NCBI GenBank assembly: GCA_965203055.1
Contig: OZ241863.1
Coordinates: 1-64,000, forward strand
Reading direction: 5' to 3'
DNA length: 64,000 bases
DNA from: Spirochaetia bacterium
GTDB taxonomy: Bacteria; Spirochaetota; Spirochaetia; SZUA-6; Bin103
The notes beneath the pieces were generated by a model. It was not told the DNA's origin and did not search any database. It saw nothing but the letters and a program-made list of their open reading frames with translations. The translations under genes and the position numbers were made by a program. Below, piece after piece: positions 38,069 to 46,905 of this stretch (its first letter is position 1; the number at the start of each line of letters is the position of its first letter).

Positions 38069-40609
38069 TCAACGCTCCTGTACCTGGTAGGCGGGGTTTG
38101 CGTTGGCCAGTGCCCGGGGGAATTCCGCCTCGTTGAAGATCAGCCGGAAGGTGCCTTTCGCGGGGCCGTCGCGTACCTGCATGCGGCCCACGTTGAACGC
38201 CTGCTCAAGGGTGGCCAGCACCTTGCGCTTGTATTCGGTGTCCGGGTTGCCGCGCAAGTGCTCGCCCTTGGTCTCGAACACCAGCAGGTGCGGCTGGCCG
38301 GCGCTCTCACCCGCCATGGCGATGAAGTCGGGGTAGATGCGCTCCTGCCGCCAGCCGCGCAAGTGGTACTCGCCCGGCTGGCGCACCGCCACCCGATGCC
38401 ACCAGCGCAGCGCCTTCCGTTCGTCCAGGTAGTACGCGAAGCGCCGCTCCAGCTCGCTGTCGAACTGGCGCTCGAACACCGGCTCGAACAGATTGAGCTG
38501 CACCGGTTGGCCGAGCCGCTGCAAGGTGCGGTCGGACTCCGAGACCGGTATCTCGTAGCGCTCGCGCATCCGGTAGCGGGGTACGCCGGCGTCCAGATCG
38601 AAGCGGATCTCCGAGTGCATCAGTTTGTCGCCGAACACCCGTTCCGCCATCCGTTCCACGCCGTCGATGACCGCTTCCCGCAGCGCGTAGGCGAGCGGGG
38701 CGCGGCGGTCGTAGATATCTTCTTCCGTCGCGCCCGTCTCCCGCAGTCGTTCCAGCAGGCGGCCGGCGATGCCGGCGGCGTGCCACGGGTTGGGCACCAC
38801 GTCCGCCAGCCGGCGCACGAAGTAGGACAGCCGCACCCGCTTGTCGACCCGGAGGTCCTGGGACGCCCCCGGCGAGGCGACCGCGGCGCCGGCGCCCAGG
38901 TCCACGCTCGCCGTCTCCCGCCGGGCCGCGGCCGGCAGGGAGGCGTCCGGGACCGGCGGTTCGATCCGCTCCCAGGCGATGGCCGGCAGGATGTCCCGGT
39001 GATAGTCGAGGTCGCGCCAGCCGTCACCGTCCCGGTGCAGCACCTTGGGCAGGAAGATGTCGGCGCCGCGGAACGGCTCCCGCCGCCGCGCTTCCACGAG
39101 CTGCAGCTCGCCGCCGCTCCCCGTCACCTCGTCGCCGAGGCCGGTCAGCCCCTCCTGTTCCAGCCCCTGCTTGATCTGCTGCACGGCGTCGGCCACGGCC
39201 ATGTTCAGGCAATAGACCGCGCACCGGTCCAGCCGCTCGCGGCCGGTGCGGCGGGCGTGCGGTTGGCGCATCACCCGCCCCACCAACTGGGTCAGCGCGC
39301 GCTGCGCGCGGGTCGTGTCGAGCATCACCAGCAGGTAGGCGAAGGAGCAGTCCCAGCCCTCCATCAACGCCGCGCGGGTGATGATCCAACGCACCGGCGA
39401 GTATTCGGAGAGCAGGTCCTCCTTTCCCAGCTCGTCGTTCTCGGCCGACTTCACCCGCACCGCTTCGCCGGGAACGCCGAGATTGCGGGTCAGATACTCG
39501 CGCACGTCCTCGGCGTGGATCCGTTCGCCGTCGCGCTGCGCCTTGCCGGTGCGCTCCACCCGTACCACGGCGATGGGCCGCAGGTAGCGGCCTTCGCTCT
39601 GCTGCAGCGAAGCCGCTTCGGCATGCAGCCGGTCCAGCTCCTCGGCCGCCTCGCCGAGCACGTGCTGCCATTCGGCGTTGGTGAACGACTCCACCCGCAC
39701 CGGCAGCTTGATCATCTCCTCCTGCTTCAGATCGACGCCGGAGATGTCGACCAGCAGGTTGCTGATGCTGCGGTTGGGCGTGGCCGACAACTCGATCACC
39801 AGGCTGGGGTCCAGGCGGTTGATCGAGCGCACGAACTCCTGCGCCGCGGCGGCCTTGCCGTACGCCTTGTGGGCTTCGTCCAGCACCACGACCGGACGCA
39901 ACATCTTGAACACGTTGAACAGGCTGTGCTTGACCGGCCCGCCGTCCGAGGTGCATTCCAGGTCCGGGTAGTCGAGCAGCAGGCGGCCGTCGCCGAGCAG
40001 GTCGTCGCTGTCGGGAAACAGCGTCGGGTAACGCCCCGAGTCGCGGAACATGCGCAGGAACTCCCTGCCCCGCTGGCGGTTGGCCGCCGGCAGCATGAGC
40101 AGCATCACGCACAGGTAGTGGGCGACGTCCAGGGCCGTGAACGGATCGTCTTTCTCCAGCATCTTGACGCGCCCGCCGCTGGCCCGCTCCAGCATCTGGC
40201 GGTAAGGGTGCTCGCGGTTCCAGAGCGCGCTCCTGGTCTGCTGGTAGATGGCGCGCGTGGGCGTGATCCACAGGGTGAGCCCGGCGGGCCGGTTCAGCCG
40301 CTCCAGCGCCGCTGCGGCGAGCAGCGTCTTGCCGCCGCCGGTCGGCACCTTGAAGCAGGCGTGCGGGATGGGAAACCCGGCGTCCGCGGTGCGGTCGGCG
40401 TGTCGCTCGCTGCCGACACCGACCCCGCCGGCCTGCGCCAGCTTCCGCCACGCAGCCTTGGGGTAGTTGTCCAGGTCTGCGGGAACGTCCACCCTGGCGT
40501 TCCGCAACGCTTCGACCGCGGTGGCGGACTCCCGCCGCGCCTCGTCCAGCGCGGTCAGCCAGCGGCCGAACGCCTCCAGCGCGCGCGTCTGATATTCCTT
40601 CAGTTCCAT
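38069..40609 (-). CDS. res: Type III restriction endonuclease Res subunit
   Basis: MELKEYQ, KVPTGGGKT, VLDEAH, ELSATP, LMEGWDC, QLVGRVMRQP, C-terminal YPDFI...FETKG nuclease motif. Confidence 0.92.
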   Translation of the reverse strand: MELKEYQTRALEAFGRWLTALDEARRESATAVEALRNARVDVPADLDNYPKAAWRKLAQAGGVGVGSERHADRTADAGFPIPHACFKVPTGGGKTLLAAAALERLNRPAGLTLWITPTRAIYQQTRSALWNREHPYRQMLERASGGRVKMLEKDDPFTALDVAHYLCVMLLMLPAANRQRGREFLRMFRDSGRYPTLFPDSDDLLGDGRLLLDYPDLECTSDGGPVKHSLFNVFKMLRPVVVLDEAHKAYGKAAAAQEFVRSINRLDPSLVIELSATPNRSISNLLVDISGVDLKQEEMIKLPVRVESFTNAEWQHVLGEAAEELDRLHAEAASLQQSEGRYLRPIAVVRVERTGKAQRDGERIHAEDVREYLTRNLGVPGEAVRVKSAENDELGKEDLLSEYSPVRWIITRAALMEGWDCSFAYLLVMLDTTRAQRALTQLVGRVMRQPHARRTGRERLDRCAVYCLNMAVADAVQQIKQGLEQEGLTGLGDEVTGSGGELQLVEARRREPFRGADIFLPKVLHRDGDGWRDLDYHRDILPAIAWERIEPPVPDASLPAAARRETASVDLGAGAAVASPGASQDLRVDKRVRLSYFVRRLADVVPNPWHAAGIAGRLLERLRETGATEEDIYDRRAPLAYALREAVIDGVERMAERVFGDKLMHSEIRFDLDAGVPRYRMRERYEIPVSESDRTLQRLGQPVQLNLFEPVFERQFDSELERRFAYYLDERKALRWWHRVAVRQPGEYHLRGWRQERIYPDFIAMAGESAGQPHLLVFETKGEHLRGNPDTEYKRKVLATLEQAFNVGRMQVRDGPAKGTFRLIFNEAEFPRALANANPAYQVQER

Positions 40610-40638
40610 CGTTTCGCGCCGCGTCTCCCGGTCATTCC
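40605..40638 (-). repeat. Direct repeat copy B of the mod-stop/res-start junction
   Basis: 28 of 34 nt identical to 42561-42594; includes TGA and the res ATG. Confidence 0.8.
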
Positions 40639-40643
40639 TCCGT

Positions 40644-41033
40644 CTATTCTTTCGGGGACTTGCCGCCAATGATGATAAGGAAAGCGCTATCTTCGTTGGC
40701 TTCAACGGTGTGCAGGACATCGGCAGTGAAGACAACCGCCTCGCCTTGTCCAAGCCTGACGTTCTCATTGCTTGACGAAAACACGATGCTTCCGTTCAGG
40801 GTAACGACAGTCGCCGAACTCGGCGCCCGATGCTCGTGAAGGACGGTGCCGGCCGTCATTGCAGTAAGAACGACAGTCAAGTCATCGCCGTGCGCAAGCG
40901 TGAGGGAAGCGCGTCCCGTCGATGCCGCAGTGGCCTCTTCCATGAGCTGTTCCGCCATCGAATTAAGGGGAAATCCCTTCGTTATCGGTGCGTCCAGATG
41001 TACAGGTCTGTAGGGATGTTCATATACCCGCAT
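40644..41033 (-). CDS. Cupin-domain protein
   Basis: VVLTAMTAGTVLHEHRAP...VTLNGSIVF...LGQGEAVVF..DVLHTVEA; lower GC. Start may be further downstream. Confidence 0.78.
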   Translation of the reverse strand: MRVYEHPYRPVHLDAPITKGFPLNSMAEQLMEEATAASTGRASLTLAHGDDLTVVLTAMTAGTVLHEHRAPSSATVVTLNGSIVFSSSNENVRLGQGEAVVFTADVLHTVEANEDSAFLIIIGGKSPKE

Positions 41034-41089
41034 GGTCTCGTCAGGATACCGCAGAACCACCAACGGCTCAAGCCGCCGCGACCGTCCTT

Positions 41090-41240
41090 CTCCAGCGCCG
41101 TCGCGGCGAGCAGCGTCTTGCCCCCATCGGTCGGCACCTTGAAGCAGGCGTGCGGAATGGGAACCCGACGTCGGCGGTGCGGTCGGGGTGCTGCCGGCGG
41201 CGACCTCGCCGGCCTGCGCCAGCTTCCGCCACCGCCTTGG
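41090..41240 (-). pseudogene. Degenerate second copy of the res 5' region (Walker A segment)
   Basis: Aligns by eye to 40301-40461 (WRKLAQAG...IPHACFKVPTDGGKTLLAATALE) with indels and a G>D change. Confidence 0.85.
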
Positions 41241-41330
41241 CATCGGGAGGAGGCCGCGTCCGGTCTAAGTCGTCGGTCCGTAGCTGGCGTAATACGACGA
41301 AGATAGCCTGCTGCTCGGCCGTTTTCGCCA

Positions 41331-42527
41331 CTAGTCGAGTCCGAACGACAAACGCCTCTGAGGTCCGTAGAGCACCCCCGGACACTGCCGCACGTGTCGC
41401 CGATCGAATGAGTTGTGAAATCCCGCGCGGAACTCCTTACCAAGAGAAATGTCTTCGAAGACGGAACAATCCTCCATGAAGACCACATCAGGTATCGAGG
41501 AGTAATTGCTAAAATCCGCCCGCTGCCTCCTAAATTCTGCGTCCGCTTCCAATCTTCGAACCCACACAGCCAGTTTCGATAAGCAGCCTGCCGGCTCAAA
41601 CCAATAACTGTCATCGACATACTGCCTAAGGCAGTTCGGCTGATGTATGGTCTCATTCCATGCATCGACATCGGCCATTTTCTCTCCTAACAAGAAGGGA
41701 AAGCGCTGCAATAGATGGGGCACGTCAATAAGAACGTCCTGCGGTCCAAGCACCTCTCGATCCAACCACTTGCCGATCCTTGCAGCGCCGAATCGGACAG
41801 CAGCGGATTCATCCGACGACAACAGCGATTTTGCATCACGGCCAGCCGTCATCGACACGAACGAATGGAAGGTCATCTCCCTGAGTCCAGTAAAACCGCT
41901 AGCCTCAGGAGCGATGAAGCCGAAGGCCGAATCGGACATGCCCAAAGCATCGTCTTGGCGTATCCCAAACGTATCGACTATGGACTTGTTCAGGTCGTGT
42001 CCGAACGCCGTCTCCCGTGCTCTCTGGCTTGCAACGGCCCTTGATAACGTCTGCCAAGACCACGGCCGGAAACCGTGCCATGGTGGCTCAGTCCACAATC
42101 CCGGCATCTCAAGTAGCTTGACTGTCAAATTGAGATCGGCATGGCTCGCAAGATCGCCCCGAAGGCTGAGGTCGAAGTCAACCTGGTCGAATTGGTTGAA
42201 AACCACGACCACGGCGCAATCAGAATACATACGCGCCAGTCGACCTATCCCCTCGCCGGTGTGCTGTGCTCTGTCGTCGATATGAAAGAGATCACAATCG
42301 ATTATCAAGATGTCGTTCTGGTCGAACAGACACTGTTGCGGTCTGCGAGGGGGGCCGACGCGAACTGCCTTTCGACGGCGCAGCAGCTCGTTCACGGCGT
42401 TGCGCATGTCGTCGGCGCTCGATGCGGCTTGAAACTCGTAATTCTTCGGCGCGATCTCCTTGATTCGTTCAACGCACTCCGCAGCAAGTCCACGATCGTC
42501 GTCGCATATGAGAACCGAACAGGTCAT
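41331..42527 (-). CDS. Hypothetical protein with N-terminal receiver (REC)-like domain
   Basis: SVLICDDD (beta1 acidic pocket), DILIIDCDL (phospho-acceptor-like Asp), TGEGI.RLAR. C-terminal ~270 aa unrecognised; lower GC. Confidence 0.65.
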   Translation of the reverse strand: MTCSVLICDDDRGLAAECVERIKEIAPKNYEFQAASSADDMRNAVNELLRRRKAVRVGPPRRPQQCLFDQNDILIIDCDLFHIDDRAQHTGEGIGRLARMYSDCAVVVVFNQFDQVDFDLSLRGDLASHADLNLTVKLLEMPGLWTEPPWHGFRPWSWQTLSRAVASQRARETAFGHDLNKSIVDTFGIRQDDALGMSDSAFGFIAPEASGFTGLREMTFHSFVSMTAGRDAKSLLSSDESAAVRFGAARIGKWLDREVLGPQDVLIDVPHLLQRFPFLLGEKMADVDAWNETIHQPNCLRQYVDDSYWFEPAGCLSKLAVWVRRLEADAEFRRQRADFSNYSSIPDVVFMEDCSVFEDISLGKEFRAGFHNSFDRRHVRQCPGVLYGPQRRLSFGLD

Positions 42528-42560
42528 TTCGATGAACCCCTTGATATCTGAAACGCCGTC

Positions 42561-42594
42561 TCCATCGTTTCTCGCTGTGCTTCCCGGTCACTCC
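42561..42594 (-). repeat. Direct repeat copy A of the mod-stop/res-start junction
   Basis: GGAGTGACCGGGAAGCACAGCGAGAAACGATGGA versus GGAATGACCGGGAGACGCGGCGCGAAACGATGGA at 40638-40605. Confidence 0.8.
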
Positions 42595-44207
42595 ACCCGG
42601 CTGGACAGCTCGTAGGGGAGTTGGCAGAAGGTGATGCCCCAGGCTGACAGTTCGCGCTGGCCGATGTACTTGGCGGCGGCGAACACCACCGCCTTGCGGT
42701 TCCGGGCACGGGCCGCGGCGCTGATCCGCTTGGCGCGCTCCTCGTTCAGGATGGCGTCGTTGCTGCGCAGGAACGCCAAGTCGGGTCGGTAGAGCAGGTG
42801 GTAGTTGAGCTTGTCGGAGGAATGAAACAGCCCGTCACCTTCCTGCGGTACGAGGTCGCCGGCACCGGCGGAGACGCCGGACGCGGTATGGAGCAGGTAC
42901 GCGGCCAGGGCAGCGTATGGCGGCAGGGTCTCGCCGGAGAGCATGCCATCCAGCTCGATCGGGTCGCCAAGCCCGCAATAGGTGAACGAGCCGCCGAGAC
43001 CCTCGCGCAGCGCAGGATCGCGCGCGCCCGGTACGCCGTCGATCACCCGCCGCACCCGCTCCGCGGTGATGGAATCGGCGTAATCCTCGCATTCCACCAG
43101 GATGAACCGGCGATTGCCGCCGTCCTCCCGGTTGAGCGCGAGTACTGCGTGCGCCGTCGTCCCACTGCCGGCAAACGAATCAAGCACAACAGAGTCTTCG
43201 TTTGTGGATACTTTGACCACCCTCTCAATCAGGTCCGACGGCTTTACTGACGTAGAGAACGGATTCTCTCCGAACAGTGTAATCAGTTGTCGAGTTCCTG
43301 ACGTCGCAGTCCCCACGTCGTTCCACAGCGTGGAGATGTTCGTCCCTCGTTCTCGAGCTTCACTGAGAAATCGCTTATACTGTGGTTTGGAACGTCCCTT
43401 CTTCCCGAATATGATTCGGTCTTCCTTCACTGCGGCGTCGTATTTCTCTTTGGAAAATCTCCAATGTCTCCCTGCCGGTGGCAGATATACCTTGCCAGTT
43501 TTTGGGTTCAATATTTCATATGTCAGGTTCTCTCTAACGTTCGGCGCGTCCATTGGGTCTGCAACCCAAGGACCGCGTGGATCGTCGTCGGGATTGGAGA
43601 ATTTCGATTCATCGATACCTTCAGCCCTTAAACACGAAAGCTCTCTGTTGAGACAAAAGCACAGTATGTGATTGTGCGCAAGTGATATGTCTATGTCATT
43701 CTGGCTCGATTTTCTATGATTCCAAATGATGTTGGCGATGAAGTTATGTTTCCCAAATATCTCATCCATCAGCATCCGCAGATGGTGCTGCTCGTTGTCG
43801 TCGATGGATACGAAGATCACGCCGTCGTCCGCCAACAGTTCCCGCAGCAGGTGGAGGCGCGGCCACATCATGCAGAGCCACTTGTCGTGCCGCTCCAGGT
43901 CCTCGTTGTCCACCGGACCATGTGCCCGCAGCCACTCCTTCAGCAGCGGACTGTTCACGTTGTCGTTGTAGACCCACCCCTCGTTGCCGGTGTTGTAGGG
44001 CGGATCGATGTAGATGCACTTGACGCGCCCGGCGTAGCGCGGCAGCAGCGCCTTCAGGGCGTGCAGGTTGTCGCCGTGGATGATTAGGTTGTCGTCGGCG
44101 CCGGCGGGACGGCAGGAGCGCGCCGGATCGGGCAGCAGCGGGCGGTACGGCACCGTGAGATGGTGCGCGTAGATATGCTGCTTCCCCTTGAACTCAAGCA
44201 CCGGCAT
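42588..44207 (-). CDS. mod: Type III R-M Mod subunit (N6-adenine DNA methyltransferase)
   Basis: LIIHGDNL, YIDPPYNTG (motif IV), KWLCMMWPRL, VLDSFAGSGTTAHAV (motif I). Start ATG 44207 after GGAGG. Confidence 0.93.
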   Translation of the reverse strand: MPVLEFKGKQHIYAHHLTVPYRPLLPDPARSCRPAGADDNLIIHGDNLHALKALLPRYAGRVKCIYIDPPYNTGNEGWVYNDNVNSPLLKEWLRAHGPVDNEDLERHDKWLCMMWPRLHLLRELLADDGVIFVSIDDNEQHHLRMLMDEIFGKHNFIANIIWNHRKSSQNDIDISLAHNHILCFCLNRELSCLRAEGIDESKFSNPDDDPRGPWVADPMDAPNVRENLTYEILNPKTGKVYLPPAGRHWRFSKEKYDAAVKEDRIIFGKKGRSKPQYKRFLSEARERGTNISTLWNDVGTATSGTRQLITLFGENPFSTSVKPSDLIERVVKVSTNEDSVVLDSFAGSGTTAHAVLALNREDGGNRRFILVECEDYADSITAERVRRVIDGVPGARDPALREGLGGSFTYCGLGDPIELDGMLSGETLPPYAALAAYLLHTASGVSAGAGDLVPQEGDGLFHSSDKLNYHLLYRPDLAFLRSNDAILNEERAKRISAAARARNRKAVVFAAAKYIGQRELSAWGITFCQLPYELSSRVE

Positions 44208-44232
44208 TGTCTTGTCGTCCCTCCGTTTCGAC

Positions 44233-44261
44233 ATAATGCCGCATAACCGGAGATTGCTCAA
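44233..44261 (-). promoter_or_regulatory. Promoter for the mod operon
   Basis: TTGAGC (44261-44256), 17 nt, CATTAT (44238-44233). Confidence 0.5.
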
Positions 44262-44471
44262 GGGGTAGATGCAATGCTACGGTCGACCGATCGGGCACCC
44301 GCAAGATCATCGCCGTCCGCAAGCTGTGGCAACCGCAATGCCAAGTGTCCCAAACATATAGAAGCCGCTACAGTCGCAGTCTCAGTGGCTCTTCCCAATC
44401 TGCGCGATTTCGGCCGATGATGAAGTATGCAGCGCACCTCGCAGCCATCGATAGAAGCCACAATTCGACAG

Positions 44472-44897
44472 ATGAGCTCCCCCAATCCAACGCCATCGAG
44501 CGTGGCCGCCACGAACCGGATGCGTTCGAATCGTCGCGTGGATACGAAGCCGGAAATCGAAGTCAGGTCGTTGCTGCATAGGAATGGACTCAGATTCCGA
44601 AAGGACTATCCCATTCGTCTCTCCAACGGAACTATCGTGCATCCTGATATCGTGTTCACGAAGAAGCGGGTTGCAGTCTTCATAGATGGTTGCTATTGGC
44701 ACTCGTGCCCTCTCCATGGAACTACTCCGAAATCCAATCGAAACTACTGGATTCCGAAGTTGCGACAGAACGTGGAACGAGATAAGAAGACCTGTATCGA
44801 CCTGCGAGCCAATGGTTGGAAGGTACTGCGAATATGGGAACACGTCGACCCAGAAGACGCCGCATCGACGATCGCCAGCGAAGTACTCGATGCCTGA
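44472..44897 (+). CDS. vsr: Very short patch repair endonuclease
   Basis: RMRSNRRVDTKPE, GLRFRKD, PDIVF, VFIDGCYWHSCPLH, YW..K...NVERD, GWKVLRIWEH. Confidence 0.93.
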   Translation: MSSPNPTPSSVAATNRMRSNRRVDTKPEIEVRSLLHRNGLRFRKDYPIRLSNGTIVHPDIVFTKKRVAVFIDGCYWHSCPLHGTTPKSNRNYWIPKLRQNVERDKKTCIDLRANGWKVLRIWEHVDPEDAASTIASEVLDA

Positions 44898-44898
44898 A

Positions 44899-46905
44899 CT
44901 ACCGGGGTGGACTCAAGTCCCGAAGGTCGTCACGCTCGATGCTCTCGATGAGACGATATACTCTCCCTGCGTCGTCCGCACTAGCCAAGTAGTCCTGATA
45001 TGCCTGCTGCGCGTTCTCGATAAGTTCTTCATAGCTAACGACACGGGCACCCAGAGCCTCTAGCGAACTCCGGGATGTGTCTCGACCATCAACGGTGTCG
45101 TGCCAGTCACGCAGCGGACGTCCAACCACGCAGACAAATTCGAGCGGCTCATTTTCCCTTCCCATGCTTTGTAGGACCTTCCGAGCAGCAATGCGATACT
45201 TGGCCAACTGAACATAGAGATCGCTGGTGACAAGCACTCGCGACGCCCGCTTGAGCTCTATGATCACATGCTTGTTCCCCGTAGTCGAGTAGTAGATGTC
45301 GAGCCGAGCACTGCGTTGGTCAGCAGTCAGTGAATCGTAGACGCCGCCCAGCGCGTCTTTGATACGGGTCTCCATGTGCTCCGTATGCGTGGCCCGTTCC
45401 CAGGATGGGTCTAGCAACCACAGGTGCTTATAGAGGTGCTCCTGCATAGCCCGCTCTCTTGCACCCTCGTCGGCAAGGCCTCTGAGCTTCCGTATCACCT
45501 GGAGACGTTCCTTGACTATCTGGTAGTATACGCTTGCTTCAAGATCATCCAACTGAATGAAGGCTTCTCGAAGCACGCCAAGATTCTCGATGGCAACGTC
45601 GTCGAGACGATACAATATATGACGAAGCTTGAGACTCTCGAACGCCAGAATACCGCTGACGAACAGCTTTCTCTTCTCGCTCTCATCATCGACCGGAAGC
45701 TGGTGGATTCTTCCAAACAGCTTCTTAGCTGCATTACGGTGATCAGGGGTAAGTTTAGAATACCATTCTTTGATCTGTGGGACGTGCAGTGCTGACTCTC
45801 GTCCTCGTTCGTTTCTAAGGTCGCTCCATTGACGCTGTATTTCCTTTAGTTCTTCTCTTACCTTCGATCTCAAAGTCTGATATCTTGGGTCATCCTCTAT
45901 GATCCTCTGTCTACTTGTCGTCGCTATATCTTCCTGTCCATCTATATCCAGAAAGTCCGCGTGTATTTCGCCGATGATATACTTGCTGTATATTCCACCT
46001 TCGCCGAACTCTTCCAGAATATCCTCTTGAGCCAACTTTCCCCTTACCATTATTACAATCTTGTTTATGCTCTCCTTGGTATCAGACTCTTTCAGTTGTC
46101 CCGCCTCTCTCGCCGTTCCAATCCAACCGTCCACTCGATAGTTACTCCGTTCTCCTGTCGTTATCTCTCCCGTTCTCTCTTGGACATTTTCGACATTGCT
46201 TGCCAATGACTTAGCTTCGATCCCTCTTGATCCGAACGTCCAGATGTATTGAATCTTATCATGGTAACCTCGATCATGAATCGTGATCGGCTTGCAATCT
46301 AGCTCCATTTCGAAATGGTGACTGGCACCGAGAATGCTAAATCTACGCGCGAGTCGGCGCCGCAGCGCTGCGCTGGTCCTATGGAGCTTACGCTTCATGT
46401 TCGTGAGCACGATCCTGGTTCCGACATTCGAATGAAACTCGTCCGAATAAATCGATTCGGGATAGTATGCTGTCTCTTCGTCGTCCTTGATAGCTTGTTC
46501 GATCCTATCAGCATCCATTCTGAATCCGTGGTGTTCCTCTTCCGTCCTGCTATAGACTTCAATCGTTCTGGCAATCGAAAAGAGCGACAGCTTGCCGATG
46601 CCCTTGCGTCCCATGACGGGGCGATGGAATTTCTTGGTTATCGCTTCTGTCTTTCGGCGTTCGTATCCAACGACGAGAAATTTGTGGTTGGCTTCCTCGA
46701 CGCTCATTCCGTGGCCGTCATCCAGAATTTCAATTCTGTCTCCGTTCGGATCGATCTTGATGGAAACGTGCTCGGCATCGGCATCCCATGCATTGGCGAC
46801 CGCCTCGGAAAGAACCGTTGGAACGTTGCTGTAGAGTCCGAATCCCAGGTGCTTTAGGACGTTCAGGCTCAGCGTCATTCGATACTTGCTATCGCTATCG
46901 GTCAT
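44899..46905 (-). CDS. GHKL (MORC/MutL-like) ATPase fused to a PD-(D/E)xK nuclease; HgiDII/BbrUII-like restriction enzyme
   Basis: HLG.GLYSN, EAVANAWDADA, DDGHGMS, MGRKGIGKLS, GTRIVL; C-terminal WLLDPSW...RLDI...IIELKR. Operonic with dcm. Confidence 0.8.
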   Translation of the reverse strand: MTDSDSKYRMTLSLNVLKHLGFGLYSNVPTVLSEAVANAWDADAEHVSIKIDPNGDRIEILDDGHGMSVEEANHKFLVVGYERRKTEAITKKFHRPVMGRKGIGKLSLFSIARTIEVYSRTEEEHHGFRMDADRIEQAIKDDEETAYYPESIYSDEFHSNVGTRIVLTNMKRKLHRTSAALRRRLARRFSILGASHHFEMELDCKPITIHDRGYHDKIQYIWTFGSRGIEAKSLASNVENVQERTGEITTGERSNYRVDGWIGTAREAGQLKESDTKESINKIVIMVRGKLAQEDILEEFGEGGIYSKYIIGEIHADFLDIDGQEDIATTSRQRIIEDDPRYQTLRSKVREELKEIQRQWSDLRNERGRESALHVPQIKEWYSKLTPDHRNAAKKLFGRIHQLPVDDESEKRKLFVSGILAFESLKLRHILYRLDDVAIENLGVLREAFIQLDDLEASVYYQIVKERLQVIRKLRGLADEGARERAMQEHLYKHLWLLDPSWERATHTEHMETRIKDALGGVYDSLTADQRSARLDIYYSTTGNKHVIIELKRASRVLVTSDLYVQLAKYRIAARKVLQSMGRENEPLEFVCVVGRPLRDWHDTVDGRDTSRSSLEALGARVVSYEELIENAQQAYQDYLASADDAGRVYRLIESIERDDLRDLSPPR

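Noticed and set aside
40644..41243. 199-aa ORF as a Res-cupin fusion
   Set aside because: The 5' part is chance read-through across the frameshifted res relic; the cupin starts at or after 41033.
44280..44289. CGGTCGACCG palindrome as a regulatory methylation site for the Dcm system
   Set aside because: GTCGAC is frequent throughout this GC-rich window, and the enzyme's specificity cannot be read from sequence.
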